A stretch of 41,143 nt of DNA from Verrucomicrobiota bacterium (lineage in GTDB: Bacteria; Verrucomicrobiota; Verrucomicrobiia; Limisphaerales; CANJXF01): the NCBI GenBank assembly GCA_039925885.1, contig JBDSYB010000381.1:1-41143 (forward strand), given 5' to 3'. Both the position numbers and the translations under genes were made by a program. The notes under the pieces are model-generated. The model did no database searches. It saw only the letters and a list, made by a program, of their open reading frames with translations, and was not told where the DNA came from. Shown here in pieces: positions 27,825-35,629 of the stretch. How positions within the stretch are numbered: the stretch's first letter is position 1; every line of letters begins with the position of its first letter.

Positions 27825-28907
27825 TCACCTCTGTATCCGCGCGCTGCCACCTTTGGCGAACGCTTCGACCTGTTCCACCGTGGACATCGTGGTGTCGCCC
27901 GGAAAAGTCGTGAGCAATGCGCCGTGCGCCCATCCGAGATTGACGGCGTCTTGCGGTGAAACACCTTTGAGCAATCCGTAAAAAAATCCAGCCGCGTAAC
28001 CATCTCCGCCACCAACACGATCAATCACGTCGAGTTCGCACGTTGGCGACACAAATGTTTTTCCATCAATCCACGCCACCGCGCCCCAACTGTGACGGTT
28101 CGTCGAATGCACTTCTCGCAAAGTTGTCGCCACGATTTTGATGTGCGGATGTTTTTTGGTAACGTTGCCCATCATGCTGAAGAACGCGCTCGGATCGAGT
28201 TTGTCTTTGGCGGCGACTTCGGGTCCGGGAATTCCCAAGCCGAGTTGCAAATCTTCTTCGTTACCGACAAGCACATCGACGTTCTTTACAATTTTATCGA
28301 GGACGGAAACCGCGTGTTTATTTCCGCCAATGATATTCCAAAGTTTCGCGCGGTAATTTAAATCGAACGATGTCACCGCGCCCGCAGCTTTCGCAGCTTG
28401 CATCGCTTCGATGATGACTTCCGCTGTCGTCGGTGAAAGCGCTGCGAAAATTCCACCGCTGTGAAACCACCTCACGCCCTGAGAAAAAATTTCCTTCCAA
28501 TTGAAATCGCCCGGCTTCAATTGCGCGGCGGCTTCGTTACAGCGATTGTAAAAAACCACAGGTGCTCGAAGACCTTGGCCGCGATCGCTGTAAACCGTCG
28601 CCATGTTTGGCCCGTGCACGCCATCGTGTTTGAAATTTTTGTAGAACGGTTTCACACCCATTCCGCGAATGCGTTCGCCAATCAAATCGCCAATCGGATA
28701 ATCCACCATCGCGCTTGCCACGCCACAATTGAGCCGGAAACAATCGGATAAATTTCCCGCGACATTAAATTCCCCGCCGCTGACGTGGATGTCGCAATGC
28801 GTCGCTTTGCGGAATGGGATGACGCCCGGATCAAGTCGATGGACGAGTGCGCCAAGGGAAAGAAAATCCAACGCGCCTTTTTGAAAAATGTTCAAGCCGT
28901 AATTCAT
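27825..28907 (-). CDS. PfkB-family sugar kinase (2-keto-3-deoxygluconate kinase-like)
   Basis: GGEFNVA, SFDLNYRAKLW, GNEED and DRVGGGDGYAAG motifs. Confidence 0.9.
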   Translation of the reverse strand: MNYGLNIFQKGALDFLSLGALVHRLDPGVIPFRKATHCDIHVSGGEFNVAGNLSDCFRLNCGVASAMVDYPIGDLIGERIRGMGVKPFYKNFKHDGVHGPNMATVYSDRGQGLRAPVVFYNRCNEAAAQLKPGDFNWKEIFSQGVRWFHSGGIFAALSPTTAEVIIEAMQAAKAAGAVTSFDLNYRAKLWNIIGGNKHAVSVLDKIVKNVDVLVGNEEDLQLGLGIPGPEVAAKDKLDPSAFFSMMGNVTKKHPHIKIVATTLREVHSTNRHSWGAVAWIDGKTFVSPTCELDVIDRVGGGDGYAAGFFYGLLKGVSPQDAVNLGWAHGALLTTFPGDTTMSTVEQVEAFAKGGSARIQR

Positions 28908-28960
28908 TGATTCGATTTTGTAGCAATGATGTTTGCAGAGTAAATGGAAAAGAAAGGAGT

Positions 28961-29068
28961 CGCGCGAAGAACGCGAAGGTTGCGAAGGAAAAAAACTTCG
29001 CCGCTTAATTGATTTAGACTTGAGTCAACTTTGCCTTTCCACTTCGCAACGTTCGCCTCCTTCGCGCG
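28961..29068. repeat. REP-like palindromic element built of gcgaag units
   Basis: 27-bp arms cgcgcgaagaacgcgaaggttgcgaag and cttcgcaacgttcgcctccttcgcgcg with 3 mismatches. Confidence 0.75.
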
Positions 29069-29145
29069 CATCCCAAAAATTCTCTCCTTAGCGCAAAATC
29101 GAATTTGTGCTTTAGTGTGAACAACCGCAAAGTGGCGGCGAATTT

Positions 29146-30180
29146 ATGGCTGTCGAATTTAAGGATTATTACAAAACGTTGAGCGTCTCACGCACGGCGA
29201 GTGAAGACGAAATCCGCAAAGCCTTTCGCAAACTGGCGCGGCAATATCATCCCGACGTAGCGAAGGACAAGGTGCAGGCCGAAAATAAATTCAAGGAAAT
29301 CAACGAGGCTTACGAAGTTCTCAGCGATAAAGATAAACGAAAAAAATACGACACACTCGGCGCGGATTGGAAAGGCGGCTTCGCGCCACCCCCGGGTGGC
29401 GGACAAAGTTATCGAACCAACACCTGGCGCTCCGGTGCACCGGGACAAAGCGCCGAGGATTTTGAATTTGGCGGGACGGGTTTCAGCGATTTCTTTGAAC
29501 AATTTTTTGGCGGCGGACGAGAAGGCGGTTTTCGACGAGGCAACGGATTTGATCGCGGCAAAACGGCGCAACGCGGGCAGGACATGGAGGCGGATATTTT
29601 AGTTACGCTGGCTGAAGCGATGAGCGGATCAGTGAGGCCCATTTCATTGCGACGGAACGGACGGTGTGATCGTTGTCAAGGGACCGGTGTGCTGCAAAAT
29701 CGGCCGTGCCCGACATGCGGCGGTTCGGGCGAAATCGCGCGCACAGAAAAATATCAGGTGAAAATTCCTGCTGGGGTGCGTGAAGGTCAGAAACTGCGAT
29801 TGGCCGGACAAGGCCAAACGGGCACCGGCAGCGCGCCACGCGGCGATTTATTTTTGCGGGTAAAATTCGCCGCCAACCCTGATTTTCGAGTGGAAGGTGG
29901 AAATATTTATTATGACCTGGATCTCGCTCCATGGGAGGCAGCGTTGGGCACGAACGTAGTAATACCGACGGTCATTGCGCCCGTGAATATTAAAATTCCC
30001 GGAGGAACCCAAAGCGGACAGCGGTTGCGAATCAAGGGAAGAGGTCTTCCCTCGCGTGACGGAGAGGCGGGAGATTTATTTGTTGTGGCGCGAATCGCCA
30101 TGCCCCGGGAAGTGTCCGCCAGCGAAAAAGAGCTTTGGGAAAAACTGGCGCGCGAATCCAATTTTAATCCTAGGGATTGA
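29146..30180 (+). CDS. DnaJ-class molecular chaperone (CbpA-like, with half a zinc finger)
   Basis: J domain with HPD, G/F-rich region, two CxxCxGxG repeats, and a C-terminal domain ending FNPR. Confidence 0.92.
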   Translation: MAVEFKDYYKTLSVSRTASEDEIRKAFRKLARQYHPDVAKDKVQAENKFKEINEAYEVLSDKDKRKKYDTLGADWKGGFAPPPGGGQSYRTNTWRSGAPGQSAEDFEFGGTGFSDFFEQFFGGGREGGFRRGNGFDRGKTAQRGQDMEADILVTLAEAMSGSVRPISLRRNGRCDRCQGTGVLQNRPCPTCGGSGEIARTEKYQVKIPAGVREGQKLRLAGQGQTGTGSAPRGDLFLRVKFAANPDFRVEGGNIYYDLDLAPWEAALGTNVVIPTVIAPVNIKIPGGTQSGQRLRIKGRGLPSRDGEAGDLFVVARIAMPREVSASEKELWEKLARESNFNPRD

Positions 30181-30218
30181 AAAGCTTTTTTTAATCGAGC
30201 TGCTTTTGAAAAAAACCT

Positions 30219-30247
30219 TTGAAACAAAAATCGTGCGTCGTTACTCT
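30219..30247 (+). promoter_or_regulatory. Sigma70-type promoter
   Basis: TTGAAA-17-TACTCT, then 5 nt to ATG 30253. Confidence 0.55.
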
Positions 30248-30252
30248 TGAAT

Positions 30253-30522
30253 ATGCCGAAATCGTCCGCCAAAAAGAAAAAGTCCCCCGTGCTTCTGGGT
30301 CTGGGATTGGATGGCGACGGACACAAGCGCATTACAACCGGACCCAACTTTGCGCTGTTCGGCGGCTCAGAAGAAACGCACGAAATCATGACTGAAAAAG
30401 TTATAAAAATTTCTGAGAAACTCGACGCCAAAGGAAAGCAACTCGGCGAAGTCAGTTCCGAAGAATTTGACGAAATCGCTTTGTCAGTCGGCCTGCAACG
30501 AAAGAACTTTCCTGTGCGATGA
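30253..30522 (+). CDS. Small hypothetical protein
   Basis: LLGLGLD.DGHKRIT.G.NF.L.GGSEETHE.M sequence; ATGA-coupled to the next gene. Confidence 0.75.
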   Translation: MPKSSAKKKKSPVLLGLGLDGDGHKRITTGPNFALFGGSEETHEIMTEKVIKISEKLDAKGKQLGEVSSEEFDEIALSVGLQRKNFPVR

Positions 30523-31523
30523 AAAAAACGCTGACCAAGCTCGTGTTCACAATCTGGATAACGGGGGTTTTTTGCCAGGGAATTTATGCTCAGCCCGCGC
30601 CTGACGTGGAGACCAGCCCGACTTCCGAAATTTCCAATGCAGAAAACAATGTTCGATCCAATTTATATCTTCAAGAACAGCTTCACACCGCGCTCCGTGC
30701 CATCGAACAGGCGCGGCAAGATGCTGATCTTGCCGCGAAGAAAAATGCAGAATTATTTACCGAACGTTTGAACTCAGTGGAAAAAAACCTCGCTTTGCAA
30801 CGGGAACACGATCTGGAAAATATCATTTCGTTGCGTCAGTCAAATCATTCGGTGTTGATGGCTGTGGCATTTCTCGGCGGCATCGGGTTTCTGGCATTGC
30901 TCGGCACGGGTTACTTCCAGATCCGCGCCATGAATCGCGTGGCGGAAATCGGTTTGCTTTTTTCTTCCGGCAATCCTTTCGATTCCGATCGATCTCTTTC
31001 CGAGGGACATCAGTCAATTCCAGCCCGATTGAATTCTGCGGAACATTCCAATTCCCGTTTATTGGAAACCATCGAGCAGCTTGAAAAACGTATTCGCGAT
31101 TTGGATCTTGCGAGCGGGCCGTCTCCTCTGGTGTCTCTCTCTGCCAAAACAACCGCTGAATCCTCCGGTTTTTCTCTGCATCAAGCTTTTCCAAAAACCT
31201 CGGCTGAAACCGACGCACTCTTGAGCAAAGGCCAAACTGCACTCGATAGCGGTGACGCCGAAATCGCCCTGACGTCCTTCGAACAAGCATTGGAAATTGA
31301 TCCAGCCAATTCCGAAGCGCTTTTGAAAAAAGGCGCCGCGCTGGAAGCTCTTCGCCGAATGCCGGAGGCCATCGCCGCGTATGATCAAGCCATCGGCTCA
31401 GACCAATCGTTGACGGTGGCCTACCTTTACAAGGGCGGCGCGCTCAACCGTTTGCAACGCTTCGACGAAGCGATGGAATGTTACGAGCGCGCACTTAAGA
31501 CTCATCCAAAAGCGGTCGCGTGA
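30519..31523 (+). CDS. Membrane protein with a coiled coil and C-terminal TPR repeats
   Basis: Signal peptide, coiled-coil region, one TM segment and three TPR-like repeats (KG..L......EA...Y..AL). Confidence 0.8.
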   Translation: MKKTLTKLVFTIWITGVFCQGIYAQPAPDVETSPTSEISNAENNVRSNLYLQEQLHTALRAIEQARQDADLAAKKNAELFTERLNSVEKNLALQREHDLENIISLRQSNHSVLMAVAFLGGIGFLALLGTGYFQIRAMNRVAEIGLLFSSGNPFDSDRSLSEGHQSIPARLNSAEHSNSRLLETIEQLEKRIRDLDLASGPSPLVSLSAKTTAESSGFSLHQAFPKTSAETDALLSKGQTALDSGDAEIALTSFEQALEIDPANSEALLKKGAALEALRRMPEAIAAYDQAIGSDQSLTVAYLYKGGALNRLQRFDEAMECYERALKTHPKAVA

Positions 31524-31557
31524 AAAAACGGCGTGATGTTTCGATAACTCACAATGT

Positions 31558-31980
31558 TTAAGTATTCCCCGGGGATCGCATTTTAACGACGGCAGCGTGG
31601 GCCAGAACCACATCAGGATCGCGTTGCAACGCATCGAAATAATGTTTGGAAAAAGCGTGCCCGCTTTCCGCAGGAGTCAGCAGCAGAAAAGTTTCTCGGA
31701 TCAGCGCCTCAATACCCGCCGTGGTCAAAGGCTCTTTTCCATCCAACGTTTCATCCATCTGGACAATCAAGTGGGAGAGCGGCTTCAACCAGACAAACCA
31801 GGGATCATCCGTGAGGAGTTGAAGGAAATGATGGGGCGATTGGATCGCGCCGATAGTTTGCTCGTAACCAATCCGTTCCGAATCAATCAGAGTTTTGTGC
31901 AGGGCGAGCAGAGCGTTGCGCAACTCATCCAAACGCTGTCGAATTCCCTTCGGTTCCAGTGCACGCGTTTCCTCTTTCAT
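31558..31980 (-). CDS. Hypothetical protein
   Basis: 140-aa helical ORF (LHKTLIDSER..YE...G, DPWF.WLKPLS, LQRDPDVVLAH). Confidence 0.75.
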   Translation of the reverse strand: MKEETRALEPKGIRQRLDELRNALLALHKTLIDSERIGYEQTIGAIQSPHHFLQLLTDDPWFVWLKPLSHLIVQMDETLDGKEPLTTAGIEALIRETFLLLTPAESGHAFSKHYFDALQRDPDVVLAHAAVVKMRSPGNT

Positions 31981-32038
31981 TAAACTTAAAATAACATAGT
32001 TGCAGAATTTCCCTGAAAAATTTCCTCAACGTTTCCGG

Positions 32039-32707
32039 TCAAGGCGAAAAATTTCCCTTCGCAATCCGCTCGTCTGTCGCGTCATGTTCGTTTTGGCGCG
32101 GTTTGATGGAAATATCTCTTTGCGCTTCCATAAGACTATCGAATAGCAAAGGGACTGCATTCACTTTACCACCTTCAAGACGATAAAGATGAATTGGTTT
32201 TTGAAGACCATTTTCCGTAATCCAGCAGACGGCGTTTGCATGAATCGTTGTCAGGAGATCGTGCTGGTTTAGGATTTCCTCGAAAGAGCATCCGATGATC
32301 GCGACAAGAATCAGGACTCGTTGTTGCTCATACCACACGCCCATTTGATACATTTTCTTTTTGCAGGTAAGTTGCGGCGTTAATTTCCGATCCGCTTGAG
32401 CAAAGAGTCTTTTGACTATCGGTTGGATTTTGGCGGTGTAAATTTCATCTAATATCTTTCCGCCTATCCGAGCGCCAACAAACAGAATGACGCCAACGAT
32501 GCCCGCAATCAAGACTGGCGCATTCTGAACATTTTCATTCGTTTTAAGACAGTCGTCTAAAGGATTATCCTTCCGGTGAATGCCATTGGAAAAAAGATCA
32601 TTTTCGATTGCATCTACAAAAGGAACAACGACAGCACGGTAAAATGGGGCGTCACCTCCTGCGAGCGTAAAGTATTTACATTCAATTGGATTGTTAGGTT
32701 CCGTCAT
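32039..32707 (-). CDS. Hypothetical protein (accessory)
   Basis: 222-aa ORF overlapping the upstream gene by 14 bp. No family recognised. Confidence 0.6.
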   Translation of the reverse strand: MTEPNNPIECKYFTLAGGDAPFYRAVVVPFVDAIENDLFSNGIHRKDNPLDDCLKTNENVQNAPVLIAGIVGVILFVGARIGGKILDEIYTAKIQPIVKRLFAQADRKLTPQLTCKKKMYQMGVWYEQQRVLILVAIIGCSFEEILNQHDLLTTIHANAVCWITENGLQKPIHLYRLEGGKVNAVPLLFDSLMEAQRDISIKPRQNEHDATDERIAKGNFSP

Positions 32708-33344
32708 GTTGATTTTGAAACAATTTTTTGAACAATTGTTTTAGAATGCCTGGCTTGTTTCGCTCCTCCAAAATCTTTGCTATCAAGTCGCTCGCTTGTT
32801 TGACCCCAAGATTTGCGAGAGCAAATTCATCACGGACGCCCAAGTCTCGAAGGTATTTTATTTGAGGTTCAGTCGCTTTTCTTTCGCTCTCCGATTTGGA
32901 AGGCAGTTTTTTTATTGTGACCAAAGGCGCAAACTCTTTCACCTTATTGTCTTTATTATATTCAGATTCGTCTTTCGCCCGTTCGATTTTCTCCTCTTGC
33001 AATCGCTGCTTCCCTTTTTTTGTCAGCAAGTCTGGAAAGTTTTCGACAACCAAATCAAAAACACAGCTGTAACCGCTATCGGCTTGGGCCTTAAGCATCT
33101 CCTTTTTCTTGGCTTCCGAAATACGTTTTAAGAGGATTCCCTCTTGCTGTTCTTCCAACAGATCGCCTTCGAGCCACTCGCGATCTTGCTCAGGGTCGAC
33201 TTTTTCATCATCGGGAATAGCTTTGATTTTTGTTTGGCAAGTGGGACAAGTGATCTCTTCGTCGTAAAGTTCATCGGGGAATTCGATCGGTTGCTTACAG
33301 TTGTCGCAAGTCGTTTTGAAATATTCTATTTTTTCAGATTCCAT
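32694..33344 (-). CDS. Hypothetical protein with an N-terminal zinc ribbon
   Basis: CDNC-x16-CPTC, a charged middle region, and a C-terminal KATEPQIKYLRDLG motif. Confidence 0.7.
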   Translation of the reverse strand: MESEKIEYFKTTCDNCKQPIEFPDELYDEEITCPTCQTKIKAIPDDEKVDPEQDREWLEGDLLEEQQEGILLKRISEAKKKEMLKAQADSGYSCVFDLVVENFPDLLTKKGKQRLQEEKIERAKDESEYNKDNKVKEFAPLVTIKKLPSKSESERKATEPQIKYLRDLGVRDEFALANLGVKQASDLIAKILEERNKPGILKQLFKKLFQNQHDGT

Positions 33345-33511
33345 AGACGCTTTGGTTTTCCAAATTTTCGATGCGGATAATGTGGATGATGGCGCAGCGA
33401 CGAATTTTGGGTCTCATGTTTGTGACCGTAAATCTTGGGGCGGGGGTTTGTCGAGCGGTTTGGTGAGCGGCGGGGGCAATCGCCCGTTGACCGGACGGAT
33501 TGCGCGCCAGC

Positions 33512-33595
33512 GTTCTGGAGCGGCAGTCCTCTGCCGCTTTTCCAACGTGAGGCGGAACGAAGCCAAAGCGGCAGAGGGCTGCCGCACTCCAAAAC
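33512..33595. repeat. REP-like palindromic doublet (GGAGTGCGGC...GCCGCACTCC type)
   Basis: Inverted arms gttctggagcggcagtcctctgccgcttt and aaagcggcagagggctgccgcactccaaaac, each with an internal gcggcag...ctgccgc hairpin. Confidence 0.8.
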
Positions 33596-33788
33596 CTTGC
33601 GGAATTTCCAGCCACCTTTCTGAATTCGCGCTTCAACCCGCACTCATCGGTTTTGTGGAGCGGCGGGGCAGTTTGGGTCGTCGTTCGGGGTTTTGGCGGA
33701 CGTGAGGAATCAGGCACCAGCTTTCTTCCAACGGCTTTTAGTTGAAAGGGCGAGTCGCTCCGTTGACCGGAAAGTTGTGCCTGAAAAC

Positions 33789-33822
33789 AAAAAAAGCGAT
33801 TCGGGAAAACCCGAATCGTTTT
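33789..33822 (-). terminator. Rho-independent terminator downstream of the DUF2283 gene (copy 1 of a direct repeat)
   Basis: CGATTCGGG-aaaa-CCCGAATCG stem with a T7 tract on the minus strand. Confidence 0.8.
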
Positions 33823-33843
33823 ACGAAATTTTATTTGCGACGA

Positions 33844-34179
33844 CTAGGCGTGCTCGAGACTTTGCCTTCCTTTATATCCTGCGGAGACGTAACGGGTGCG
33901 GTCCCAATTTCTAATTTTAGGCGCAGTCACTGGAGCGTAATTCAAAAGAGTCTTGACGCTGAAATCCGACACGCCCACCAGTTCAACGCCGATGACTTCA
34001 TTCGCTTTATCAAAATCAATGGCAATGATAATTCCGGATTTATCAACCGACTTCGTCCGAAACACCGCCTTCCTCGAAAAACGGACGTAGGCCGATTTGG
34101 CCTGACTGTCAATCTCAACCGTGGGCGGGTTGCTGCTCCCAATCTTAATCATTTGAGAAACTGTTTTTCCTTTACTCAT
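33844..34179 (-). CDS. DUF2283-family putative antitoxin
   Basis: EIDSQAKSAYVRF...T......IIAIDFDKANEVIGVELVG pattern; ATG overlaps the toxin stop region. Confidence 0.8.
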   Translation of the reverse strand: MSKGKTVSQMIKIGSSNPPTVEIDSQAKSAYVRFSRKAVFRTKSVDKSGIIIAIDFDKANEVIGVELVGVSDFSVKTLLNYAPVTAPKIRNWDRTRYVSAGYKGRQSLEHA

Positions 34180-34416
34180 CAAAAAAAGCTTTCAAGAGCC
34201 AGCATTCGGCGTCCTTAATTTCTGCCGCCACTACCAAGAGTCTGCCTTCAATGCTCTTCTCGCAACGATAAACTATTCCGCCATTTCGCCCTTGCGCTGC
34301 CGCACACAAAATTCTGCATATTTGACCGTGTCTTTAATCGCCTGTTCGGATAATCCGCGCTCAAACATGCGTTGAATGGAATGTCCGGAGTGGTGAAATC
34401 GTTTGATATTGCGCAA
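34172..34416 (-). pseudogene. DUF4258-family putative toxin, frameshifted
   Basis: LRNIKRFHHSGHSIQRMFERGLSEQAIKDTVKY...KGE, then a frameshift at the A3 run (34286-34284), then NGGIVYRCEKSIEGRLLVVAAEIKDAECWLLKAFFDE*. The H...RM.ERG motif is present. Start uncertain. Confidence 0.7.
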
Positions 34417-34554
34417 GCGTTTGACAGGGATGGATAAATTTTATTTTCATTACCAACAAAAAGTTATCGCTTATTCGTTGGCTGGTCACTGTGATGCGAT
34501 TGACGAACTTTGTATAAGCCAGGTGCGCAGTTGGCAATGTGTTTTCTCGGGTGC

Positions 34555-34588
34555 AAAAAAGCGATTCGGATTATCCCGAATCGCTTTT
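34555..34588 (-). terminator. Rho-independent terminator downstream of rplW (copy 2 of the direct repeat)
   Basis: GCGATTCGG-attatc-CCGAATCGC stem flanked by A6 and T4 runs. Confidence 0.85.
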
Positions 34589-34631
34589 GCGAAAGTTCAT
34601 TTGCGGCGGTCACAAACACGCCGCTACAAAG

Positions 34632-34913
34632 CTAGGTCAAAACAATTTTGTCGCCCTCTTTCAAGGTGACAATCGCCTTTTTCCAGGAGGGAGTCGTGCC
34701 GGATGCAGCGGTGCGTTTCCGGCGGGCTTTGCCACGAACGTTCATGGTGTTGACGCCGATGACTTTGACTTTGAAAAGTTCCTGCACGGCCTGACGGATC
34801 TGAATTTTATTGGCGCGACGGTCAGCGACCACCGTGTATTGATTCAACTTGTCGGATTGGCGCGTGCCTTTTTCGGTGACGCGCACGGTCTTGATGATTT
34901 CAAAAGTGTTCAT
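34632..34913 (-). CDS. rplW: 50S ribosomal protein L23
   Basis: TEK, ANKIQIRQAV..LFKVKV..VNT and WKKAIVTL motifs. Confidence 0.96.
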   Translation of the reverse strand: MNTFEIIKTVRVTEKGTRQSDKLNQYTVVADRRANKIQIRQAVQELFKVKVIGVNTMNVRGKARRKRTAASGTTPSWKKAIVTLKEGDKIVLT

Positions 34914-34916
34914 GGA

Positions 34917-35543
34917 TTAAATCTTGGCTAAACGTTGTTCGACTTTTTCAAACGCGCCTTTGGTAAAAACCAATTTATCGCTGCGCAATACTTGATACGT
35001 GTTCAAGTCTTCACCCGTGGTCACTTCCACGTAAGAAACATTGCGCGAAGAACGAATCAAATTTTCATCGGAACTTTCCGCCACAATCAAAGTGGTTCCA
35101 TCGATCTCCAAAGCGTTCAATACATTCAGGAAATCTTTGGTCTTCGCTGCGCCCAATTTGAAATCGGAAACAATGGTGACATCGCCCATCTTGATGCGTT
35201 CGCCGAGCGCTTTGCGCAACGCGAGTTTCTTGGTGGAGCCGTTGACTTTCTTGCTGAAATCGCGCGGCTTCGGACCGAACACCACACCACCGCCGCGCCA
35301 CAACGGGGAGCGGAACGACCCAGCGCGAGCGCGACCCGTGCCTTTTTGTTTCCAAGGTTTTTTGTTGGTGCCTTGCACTTCGCCAGCAGTTTTGGTGCAA
35401 GCGGTGCCGCTGCGTTGAGCGGCGCGATAAGCGGTGACGGCGTCGTGAACGGCTTGCGTGCCTTTGCCATCTTCGATCATCTCGAACTTCACTTCGAGTT
35501 CGCCGGCGCTTTTGCCTTTGATATCTTTTACAGTCAGCTTCAT
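34917..35543 (-). CDS. rplD: 50S ribosomal protein L4
   Basis: KKPWKQKGTGRARAGS.RSPLWRGGGVVFGPKPR motif. Confidence 0.97.
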   Translation of the reverse strand: MKLTVKDIKGKSAGELEVKFEMIEDGKGTQAVHDAVTAYRAAQRSGTACTKTAGEVQGTNKKPWKQKGTGRARAGSFRSPLWRGGGVVFGPKPRDFSKKVNGSTKKLALRKALGERIKMGDVTIVSDFKLGAAKTKDFLNVLNALEIDGTTLIVAESSDENLIRSSRNVSYVEVTTGEDLNTYQVLRSDKLVFTKGAFEKVEQRLAKI

Positions 35544-35557
35544 AAATTTTTCTTTTT

Positions 35558-35622
35558 GTAGCAGCCGATGTGAATCGGCTCTAACTTTTTTATATTTAGA
35601 GCCGATTCACATCGGCTGCTAC
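35558..35622. repeat. GTAG-type REP doublet (REPIN) between rplC and rplD
   Basis: Perfect 27-bp inverted repeat GTAGCAGCCGATGTGAATCGGCTCTAA with an 11-nt loop. Each arm has an internal AGCCGAT-gtga-ATCGGCT hairpin. Confidence 0.88.
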
Positions 35623-35629
35623 GAGTAAA

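Noticed and set aside
27668-28024. 118-aa ORF overlapping the 3' end of the kinase gene
   Set aside because: The first part is an alternate frame of the kinase. Only the last 45 or so codons belong to the toxin remnant reported as a pseudogene.
29088-29113. CIRCE-like inverted repeat upstream of the dnaJ-type gene
   Set aside because: TTAGCGCAA-N8-TTGTGCTTT differs from TTAGCACTC-N9-GAGTGCTAA in both spacing and several bases. Not called as CIRCE.
32600-32712. Possible integron attC site (ACCTAAC overlapping the stop codon of the zinc-ribbon gene)
   Set aside because: No complementary GTTRRRY core or attC-like hairpin downstream, the next ORF overlaps the site, and no integrase is present.
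33301-33914. Several 60-135 aa ORFs on both strands
   Set aside because: They run across the REP doublet and GC-rich repeats, have no motifs, and conflict with each other. Treated as non-coding.
34403-34931. Plus-strand ORFs at 34403-34669 and 34539-34931
   Set aside because: They overlap rplW in antisense and cross its terminator, with no recognisable coding signal.
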